In this document: positions 20,313 through 26,150 of the stretch, in pieces
Layout of the letters: each line of letters starts with the position of its first letter
How positions within the stretch are numbered: position 1 is the stretch's first letter
Source: Gammaproteobacteria bacterium
GTDB lineage: Bacteria; Pseudomonadota; Gammaproteobacteria; UBA4575
DNA: 46,524 nucleotides
NCBI GenBank assembly: GCA_965221955.1
Contig: CBDCTA010000023.1
Span: 1 to 46,524 of the forward strand
Direction of reading: 5' to 3'
The notes under the pieces: generated by a model
The model's database searches: none
What the model saw: only the letters and a program-made list of their open reading frames with translations
Told to the model about the DNA's origin: nothing
Made by a program: the position numbers and the translations under genes

Positions 20313-20459
20313 AAATACTCCAACCTAAATTAGGCTACTAGAAGAATAATAAGTCCAACTCATAAAGATTTAAAGATTTGTATAAAAAAGTTTAAAAATA
20401 CGACTGGTGGATGAATTACAGATAAGCGTTTTCAAAGTTTATATAAACGAGATACGAGG

Positions 20460-20590
20460 ATTTTCAGATTTTTCTAGAAATACTCACATTTAATTAACAC
20501 AGTGACTTACGATGTTTCCCTACTCACAACTGAGTCAATAACGCACAATAATGAGTATGAGTGTACTTCAGTGTGACACAATTTTGGCAC
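20460..20590 (+). repeat. 131-bp imperfect direct repeat, copy 2
   Basis: attttcaga..taattaacacagtgacttacgatgtttccctac..acttcagtgtgacacaattttggcac. Confidence 0.75.
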
Positions 20591-20597
20591 AACTTTA

Positions 20598-20627
20598 AAT
20601 ATCCGCTTTCGGCCAATAGTGGTCATT
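20598..20627. repeat. Site 14 (form A)
   Basis: aatatccgcttt cggcca atagtggtcatt. Confidence 0.9.
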
Positions 20628-20631
20628 ACGT

Positions 20632-21009
20632 TTATGCGAGTTTCTTTGCTACAAATGGAGACAATAATAATGACATGCCTAACAATAAATACTTGAATAT
20701 TGGTGTACCAATTAACTCAAAGCCTTTATGCCCAATAAAAGGTAACAACAGAACACTACCAAGCATCCAGATAGCAAAAGCTAACGTGAAACAAGCTAAT
20801 ATAATCTTAAACACTCTAAAATTACCATTCTTCTTGTTTGAGCCTTTGCTAAGCAATACACCAATTATAGCTATGCCCATCAAAACAATGCCAAATGTAG
20901 AATATAATAAGACATTTACTTGTTCTGGATATTTAAAATTTAGGAACGAAATCATTAACAGATAAGAAACTGCCAATGCAGCAATAAATATCAGATTTCT
21001 TTTATTCAT
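20632..21009 (-). CDS. Membrane protein (about 4 TM)
   Basis: Hydrophobic ORF filling the interval between sites 14 and 15. Confidence 0.75.
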   Translation of the reverse strand: MNKRNLIFIAALAVSYLLMISFLNFKYPEQVNVLLYSTFGIVLMGIAIIGVLLSKGSNKKNGNFRVFKIILACFTLAFAIWMLGSVLLLPFIGHKGFELIGTPIFKYLLLGMSLLLSPFVAKKLA

Positions 21010-21020
21010 TACAGAAACAT

Positions 21021-21050
21021 AATGTCCGCTTTGGGTCGTTAGCAGTCATT
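21021..21050. repeat. Site 15 (form B, consensus)
   Basis: aatgtccgcttt gggtcg ttagcagtcatt. Confidence 0.96.
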
Positions 21051-21076
21051 TTAAATTTGTAGCTCATTGAATCCAA
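21048..21076 (-). promoter_or_regulatory. Putative sigma70-like linker promoter
   Basis: TTGGAT-17 bp-TAAAAT; last 3 nt of the -10 lie in site 15. Confidence 0.5.
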
Positions 21077-21093
21077 CCATATTTGTTTTGAAT

Positions 21094-21123
21094 TATGTCT
21101 GCTTTCGGCCAATAGCGGACGTG
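21094..21123. repeat. Site 16 (form A)
   Basis: tatgtctgcttt cggcca atagcggacgtg. Confidence 0.9.
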
Positions 21124-21154
21124 TAATACTCTCCTTTAATTGGCACTATTAATT

Positions 21155-21397
21155 TTACAAATTTTTGTTTTTTCGTGAACCCTCAAACAAAATAAGTAAT
21201 GCCATAGCCGCCCAAATAATGGTTAATAAGATAAATGCTCCACGGTTAGAATTGAAGCATGCTATATCATCACTTCTCCAATTGGGTAAGCTAATGCAAA
21301 AATCATTGTAATCGTCATAGGAAAGAAAAATAACAAAAACGTACACTGCTACAGCGAAAAGAAATCCTATAATATTTCTTTTCTTAGGAATCTTCAT
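21155..21397 (-). CDS. Small membrane protein (2 TM, loop with two Cys)
   Basis: 80-aa ORF between sites 16 and 17. Confidence 0.7.
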   Translation of the reverse strand: MKIPKKRNIIGFLFAVAVYVFVIFLSYDDYNDFCISLPNWRSDDIACFNSNRGAFILLTIIWAAMALLILFEGSRKNKNL

Positions 21398-21415
21398 AAT
21401 CTATAAATCTTTCAA

Positions 21416-21445
21416 AATGTCCGCTTTGGGTCGATAGCAGTCATT
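21416..21445. repeat. Site 17 (form B)
   Basis: aatgtccgcttt gggtcg atagcagtcatt. Confidence 0.95.
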
Positions 21446-21471
21446 TTGAACGTTTGTTTTGAAGTTTCCAA
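21443..21471 (-). promoter_or_regulatory. Putative sigma70-like linker promoter
   Basis: TTGGAA-17 bp-CAAAAT. Confidence 0.4.
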
Positions 21472-21498
21472 CCTGACTTCCCCTAAATTGATCTTAAT

Positions 21499-21528
21499 TT
21501 TGTCCGCTTTCGGCCAACAGCGGACATT
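21499..21528. repeat. Site 18 (form A)
   Basis: tttgtccgcttt cggcca acagcggacatt. Confidence 0.92.
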
Positions 21529-21534
21529 CATGCG

Positions 21535-21894
21535 TCATTGATCAGATGTGTTTGCAGGACGAAACTCTTCAAAAATCTGCTTGTAGTGTTTGGCCTTATC
21601 TTCGTTTATCTCAAAATACCAACAACCTTTTAAATAACAAAGCGCGAGTACATGAGCAGCCCTATAGTTATTTAAATCTCCTGCTTTAATCAGCCATTCA
21701 CGTGCTTCATCCATCTCATCTATTGTAGGAGGTGTTTGGCTATCTACACGTTCTGCAACACCTAACCACAAATTATACATCGCTTCTGAATTGCCTTGAT
21801 TAGCAAGATTAATTAAATGCTTTGTATCTTTATCATCATGAGAATTACTCGCTAATGGAATACAAATTAAAATTAGAAATAAAATAAATTTCAT
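21535..21894 (-). CDS. Secreted Sel1-like repeat protein
   Basis: Signal peptide; LANQGNSEAMYNL, AREWLIKAG, LALCYLKG, KAKHY. Confidence 0.75.
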   Translation of the reverse strand: MKFILFLILICIPLASNSHDDKDTKHLINLANQGNSEAMYNLWLGVAERVDSQTPPTIDEMDEAREWLIKAGDLNNYRAAHVLALCYLKGCWYFEINEDKAKHYKQIFEEFRPANTSDQ

Positions 21895-21914
21895 CTAACT
21901 AATCTAAAATTACT

Positions 21915-21944
21915 AATGTCCGCTTTGGGTCGTAAGTGGTCATT
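21915..21944. repeat. Site 19 (form B)
   Basis: aatgtccgcttt gggtcg taagtggtcatt. Confidence 0.93.
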
Positions 21945-21970
21945 TTAAGTTTGAAGTTTATTGATTCCAA
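21942..21970 (-). promoter_or_regulatory. Putative sigma70-like linker promoter
   Basis: TTGGAA-17 bp-TAAAAT. Confidence 0.5.
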
Positions 21971-21987
21971 CACTTTGCACCCCTAAA

Positions 21988-22017
21988 TTTGTCTGCTTTC
22001 GGCCAATAGCGGACATT
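21988..22017. repeat. Site 20 (form A)
   Basis: tttgtctgcttt cggcca atagcggacatt. Confidence 0.92.
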
Positions 22018-22022
22018 CACAG

Positions 22023-22487
22023 CTAGAGGACAATATCTTTCTCCATCACGGATACTGAATGACCTTGCCACTCGGTACGTTCTCGCACAACCCAATTAAG
22101 TTTAGAATAAAATTCTTCTGAATCGGGCGTGTAAAGAAATAATTTGCTCACTCCTAATCGTGCTGCTTTATCCTCAATAGCAAAAACAAGCTTTTTACCA
22201 ACCCCCTTTTTTCTATGCTTTGTATCTACATACAAACCCGCCAACCATGGACTTAGGTTTGGGCGTGATCCAAGATCATTTGTCTTTAAAGCAATCATCC
22301 CTATTGCTTTATCGTTTTCAAATGCTACTAAACAAAGTGGTATTTTCTCTTTATTGGATCTCTCCAGCATTAATTGCTCGACATCTGAAAGTGTTCTTTC
22401 AGGATGAAGATTTGACCATTCGTTATATGACCAGTTAGCAAGAGTTGGAATGACGTTTTTATGATCTGCTAAGTACTCTATTTCCAT
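22023..22487 (-). CDS. GNAT family N-acetyltransferase
   Basis: PWLAGLYVDTKHRKKGVGKKL (acetyl-CoA motif A), LFLYT...FYSKLNW. Confidence 0.9.
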   Translation of the reverse strand: MEIEYLADHKNVIPTLANWSYNEWSNLHPERTLSDVEQLMLERSNKEKIPLCLVAFENDKAIGMIALKTNDLGSRPNLSPWLAGLYVDTKHRKKGVGKKLVFAIEDKAARLGVSKLFLYTPDSEEFYSKLNWVVRERTEWQGHSVSVMEKDIVL

Positions 22488-22530
22488 TGCTTGTTATTGA
22501 AACAATTATATGTGTAAAAACTGTCAGTTG

Positions 22531-22560
22531 AATGTCCGCTTTGGGTCGTTAGCGGTCATT
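22531..22560. repeat. Site 21 (form B)
   Basis: aatgtccgcttt gggtcg ttagcggtcatt. Confidence 0.95.
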
Positions 22561-22612
22561 AAACTATGTTGTTTTGAGATTTCCAACCTGATTTCCCTTT
22601 AATGAATTAAAT

Positions 22613-22642
22613 TATGTCAGCTTTCAGTCAATAGCGGACATT
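22613..22642. repeat. Site 22 (form A variant)
   Basis: tatgtcagcttt cagtca atagcggacatt. Confidence 0.85.
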
Positions 22643-22653
22643 ATTGGATTACT

Positions 22654-22863
22654 CTAGTCGCTAATTTTTTGCTTCTTCCTAAAATACCATTCAGCAACAA
22701 ACCAGATAGCAACTCCAATAATTACTAAATAAAGATTATCGAGAAATCCCGCATAAGTTCTTACAGATTCACAGCCAGAATCATCGCATACAATTTCACT
22801 AGATTTAATGAATACTCCTATACAGATAAGAATAAATATTAGTAATCTGCTTAGAACTTTCAT
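22654..22863 (-). CDS. Small membrane protein (2 TM, CDDSGC loop)
   Basis: 69-aa ORF filling the interval between sites 22 and 23. Confidence 0.68.
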   Translation of the reverse strand: MKVLSRLLIFILICIGVFIKSSEIVCDDSGCESVRTYAGFLDNLYLVIIGVAIWFVAEWYFRKKQKISD

Positions 22864-22880
22864 TACTTTAAAGTTTGTTC

Positions 22881-22910
22881 AATGTCCGCCTTGGGTCGTT
22901 AGCAGACATT
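22881..22910. repeat. Site 23 (form B)
   Basis: aatgtccgcctt gggtcg ttagcagacatt. Confidence 0.93.
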
Positions 22911-22936
22911 TTAAGTTTATAGATCATTGAATCCAA
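22908..22936 (-). promoter_or_regulatory. Putative sigma70-like linker promoter
   Basis: TTGGAT-17 bp-TAAAAT. Confidence 0.5.
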
Positions 22937-22953
22937 CACATTGTGTCCATTGT

Positions 22954-22983
22954 TTTATCCGCTTACGACCATAAGCGGACATC
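22954..22983. repeat. Site 24 (A orientation, hybrid core)
   Basis: tttatccgctta cgacca taagcggacatc. Confidence 0.85.
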
Positions 22984-22994
22984 TGTTATTAGTT

Positions 22995-23264
22995 TTATTG
23001 ATTGAAAATCTTATAGCAAACATAGGCTGCTATTAACCATATATAGAAAGCTAATAAAGAGACGTTATAAATCTTACGTGCTTTTTGGCCTGTTTCATTT
23101 AATGCATCGGTTTTAAAAATTGGCAAAATATTAATGACAGCTAAACCTTTTTGTTCATCGACATTATTTAAAACAGTCAGGTAAGCACTGAAATATGAAA
23201 CAGCGATAATTATTAATGAAATAGCAAATAGTCCTATTAATATCGTTGAAATTAAATCAATCAT
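22995..23264 (-). CDS. Small membrane protein (2 TM)
   Basis: 89-aa ORF filling the interval between sites 24 and 25. Confidence 0.68.
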   Translation of the reverse strand: MIDLISTILIGLFAISLIIIAVSYFSAYLTVLNNVDEQKGLAVINILPIFKTDALNETGQKARKIYNVSLLAFYIWLIAAYVCYKIFNQ

Positions 23265-23274
23265 AGATTAGATA

Positions 23275-23304
23275 AATGTCCGCTTTGGGTCGATAGCAGT
23301 CATT
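23275..23304. repeat. Site 25 (form B)
   Basis: aatgtccgcttt gggtcg atagcagtcatt. Confidence 0.95.
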
Positions 23305-23322
23305 CTATTAAAAGAAATATTG

Positions 23323-23375
23323 AATCTGAAGCAACCTCCTTGTTACATCTCATGTTCGCCCATCCATGTACTCAC
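23323..23375 (-). repeat. Right terminal inverted repeat (53 bp)
   Basis: Reverse complement gtgagtacatggatgggcgaacatgagatgtaacaaggaggttgcttcagatt matches 10753-10805. Confidence 0.85.
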
Positions 23376-23398
23376 ACTTTGGGTCGTTAGCTATCATT
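23369..23398. repeat. Site 26 (form B, left arm truncated by the terminal repeat)
   Basis: (tactca)cacttt gggtcg ttagctatcatt, followed by a linker giving TTGGTG-17 bp-TAAAAT on the minus strand. Confidence 0.75.
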
Positions 23399-23501
23399 TT
23401 ATAAAAGTAACTTAAATCCACCAACATACCTATTTTAATTCCACCTAACTTTAATTTGTTCGCGCCATCTAGACGCGACTCATATTCGTATATCCTTATA
23501 C

Positions 23502-23846
23502 TCACGCACTATCCAAGCGCTTACCAAGTAACAAAGCCCTAGGGTCTCCATTCGTCTGATAAGTCGCATACAAAATATAGAGAAACCCGAACATTCCACC
23601 TAGAAAGATACTTAAAAAACCAAATATATAACTCTTAGGAGTAAAGCCTTCACGCCATGCGATCCAAGTTGCTAACAAAAATAGATGAATTAAAAAATCA
23701 ACATTGAATTGTGAACGCCAGTTTAGATCAAGAATGTCGCCAAAAAATACGCTTGGCCAATTGACACCATTTGCTGTTAATACAATGAATGTAATTACAA
23801 AGATAACCACTGATGAAAATATTAAAAACAATCTAAATAACGCCAT
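23502..23846 (-). CDS. Small integral membrane protein
   Basis: 114 aa, about 3 TM, directly downstream of lptG. Confidence 0.75.
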   Translation of the reverse strand: MALFRLFLIFSSVVIFVITFIVLTANGVNWPSVFFGDILDLNWRSQFNVDFLIHLFLLATWIAWREGFTPKSYIFGFLSIFLGGMFGFLYILYATYQTNGDPRALLLGKRLDSA

Positions 23847-23879
23847 GAAATTTTCCTGATACAGACAATTTAAATAAGA

Positions 23880-24989
23880 TTACGCCATCCTCTTTATCGC
23901 AATCGTGGCAATCGTAATGACAATCAAGGTTGGTAAAAATGCCCCCAATATCGGCGGTATGTCGTATACTGCACTAGAATTTGCTAACACTTTACTTGAT
24001 ATATTAAATGCAAGTGCAATGACTGCGCCTAAGATAATTCGTTGCCCTAACCCTCCTGTACGCGCTGATCGAAACACAAATGGTAATGCAATCAACAACA
24101 TTGCTATACCAGACAATGGAATTGCGAAACGATTGTAGTATGCAAGCTCATAACGTTGCGCATCAAGTTCATTACCTTCTAAATAATTAATATATTTTTT
24201 AAGCTTTGCAGCCCCCATATATTCCGGTTTAACAGTGATCACATCAAATAGGTCAGGTGAAACCAATCTTTCCCAATGTTCTTCTTCCGCCGCAACGGTT
24301 TCCACGCCATTTTGGGAAATTAGACTATGTTTAATATTTGATAATTTCCAAACTTCATTTTCATAAACCGCTTGTTTGATGAAACTTGCACGTTTTAATT
24401 TGTATTGTTCATCTAATTCATACACCCAAATATCACGCATGCGATAATCAGGATAAATTTCTTGTGCATTCACATAACGCTTACCATCACGTACCCAAAC
24501 ACCGTATTTTGAACGTAATGATATTTTTTTAAGGTCACTGACTTGCTCGCCATCACTATTAGTATGTCTTACCTGGCTCTTACTTAAGCTGTTCACATAA
24601 CCTTGTGATGTGGGAACCACCATTTCTCCTACCCAAACACTCAACGCTACAAGCACAATTCCAACTTTTAGCGCAGACCAGATGATTCTCATTTTGCTGA
24701 TACCAGCAGAACGTAAAGCAACTAACTCGCTTTTGGCTGCAAGCTGCCCTAGCCCGATGAGCGCACCCAACAACAGAGCAGTGGGCATAAATTCATAAAG
24801 ACGTTGAGGCATGCCATAAAACAATCTCAACAACACATGGTTAAATGTAAAGCCACGATCATCTACAGATTCCACATCATCAATAAAATCGATAATGGAA
24901 TCAATTGAAAACAACACGAGTAACGCAAACAAGGTACCGATGAACACGGTTCTTCCTAAATAACGATCATAGTGCTTGAACAAAATCAC
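23880..24989 (-). CDS. lptG: LPS export ABC transporter permease LptG
   Basis: P.ALLLGALIGLGQLAAKSELVALRSAGIS; YjgP/Q family, second of the pair. Confidence 0.92.
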   Translation of the reverse strand: MILFKHYDRYLGRTVFIGTLFALLVLFSIDSIIDFIDDVESVDDRGFTFNHVLLRLFYGMPQRLYEFMPTALLLGALIGLGQLAAKSELVALRSAGISKMRIIWSALKVGIVLVALSVWVGEMVVPTSQGYVNSLSKSQVRHTNSDGEQVSDLKKISLRSKYGVWVRDGKRYVNAQEIYPDYRMRDIWVYELDEQYKLKRASFIKQAVYENEVWKLSNIKHSLISQNGVETVAAEEEHWERLVSPDLFDVITVKPEYMGAAKLKKYINYLEGNELDAQRYELAYYNRFAIPLSGIAMLLIALPFVFRSARTGGLGQRIILGAVIALAFNISSKVLANSSAVYDIPPILGAFLPTLIVITIATIAIKRMA

Positions 24990-24990
24990 A

Positions 24991-26058
24991 CTAAGCTCCT
25001 AATCGTTGTCGCATCGTTAAAATAATAATTAAGACCAACATGCCAATATGCACTAGGAACATTCCAGGTATGGCAGGGAATTTTCCATCTGCTACCCATG
25101 CTTCCATCAAGATAAGTAAATTTGAATAAATTAAATAAATAACAATAGCAATTCCGAGATTGGCAAACCGTCCTTGTCTTGGACTAGACACACTAAGCGG
25201 AAAGGCCAGCAACACCACTAATATGGCTGCAATGGGTACAGAGATACGCCATTGAAATTCTGCCACATCACTTAATGCATTAGATTTCAGTAATGCAGTA
25301 GTTGATTTAAATTCCGGATCTTGATGATCTAGCTTAAGATCAAATTCAGGTATTCGCACCGCATGTTGATCGAACGTTAATACTGTAAAACCCCCTTCAC
25401 CTGGCATACCTTGATAACGCTGACCTTTCTTTAAGATTAGCGACTCACCTCCCAACTCCGATAAATTTTTCTGTTCCGCAAATTTTGCAGTTTCGATCGC
25501 TACTTTCCCTTCTCTACGATCTGAAATAAAAACGTTCTTCACTTCACCTGAATCTTTATCGGCCTCTTCAACGAACACCACCCAATTCCCTTGATTAGAT
25601 TCAATAAATTGTCCAGGTGTTAAACCATGGATATCGGTTAAGCCTTTCGCTCTGAGTTTTATTTTTTCGATTTGCTGGGCCGTCCAAGGTGCAGAAAAAA
25701 TCGACAGGAAAAATAACAATGTGACAATTGGAATAACCACCAAACTGGCGTAACGCAACAACGAAAATGAACCGATGCCGCTAGCCTTAATTGCGTAAAT
25801 TTCACTGTCACGATAATAACGCCCTAGCACTAGCATGATGGTGAGCAGTAATGCGAAGGGAACTAACAAAATCGCAGATTTTAATATTCCCAAACCCAGC
25901 AAAGACATCACCACATCTGACGGTAACTTTCCGTCCATAACTTTAGAAAGTAGGCTGACAAAAGATTTACCCACAATTACTACAACTAAAACCAAGCCCA
26001 CAGCGGCGAAAGTTTGAGCAAGTTCTTTAGAGAAATAGCGATTGAGTGTGGAAAACAT
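24991..26058 (-). CDS. lptF: LPS export ABC transporter permease LptF
   Basis: RYFSKEL, LGRYYRDSEIYAI, AEFQWRISVP, PRQGRF; divergent from pepA. Confidence 0.92.
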   Translation of the reverse strand: MFSTLNRYFSKELAQTFAAVGLVLVVVIVGKSFVSLLSKVMDGKLPSDVVMSLLGLGILKSAILLVPFALLLTIMLVLGRYYRDSEIYAIKASGIGSFSLLRYASLVVIPIVTLLFFLSIFSAPWTAQQIEKIKLRAKGLTDIHGLTPGQFIESNQGNWVVFVEEADKDSGEVKNVFISDRREGKVAIETAKFAEQKNLSELGGESLILKKGQRYQGMPGEGGFTVLTFDQHAVRIPEFDLKLDHQDPEFKSTTALLKSNALSDVAEFQWRISVPIAAILVVLLAFPLSVSSPRQGRFANLGIAIVIYLIYSNLLILMEAWVADGKFPAIPGMFLVHIGMLVLIIILTMRQRLGA

Positions 26059-26150
26059 CTAAGCTTTTTGCTGGAACAGATCAGATACAGTTACATTTAT
26101 CGCAATATTAGCAATAATGCAGCAAACACAGACAGTAAATTGAGGAAAAA

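Larger units (their letters stand above)
10753..23375 (-). mobile_element. Putative gene-cassette array / island bounded by terminal inverted repeats
   Basis: About 20 co-oriented short ORFs separated by 26 copies of a 30-bp palindromic site; inverted repeats at both ends; sits between RDD and lptG; no integrase or transposase inside. Confidence 0.75.

Noticed and set aside
10824-23398. CRISPR array
   Set aside because: Inter-repeat distances range from 29 bp to 2.5 kb and contain whole genes, repeats alternate in orientation, and there are no cas genes.
10824-23398. Integron or CALIN with attC sites
   Set aside because: No RYYYAAC...GTTRRRY ends on the coding strand for single sites or doublets, single sites are only 30 bp, and the nearby recombinase is XerD without the IntI insertion.
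10824-23398. Canonical dif/pdif sites
   Set aside because: The geometry is similar, but the arms do not match the XerC (GGTGCGCATAA) or XerD (TTATGTTAAAT) consensus.
10824-23398. Ordinary Rho-independent terminators or classic GTAG REPs
   Set aside because: No consistent U-tract or GTAG tag, copies occur directly upstream of start codons too, and they are confined to the accessory block. A REP/BIME-like origin is not fully excluded.
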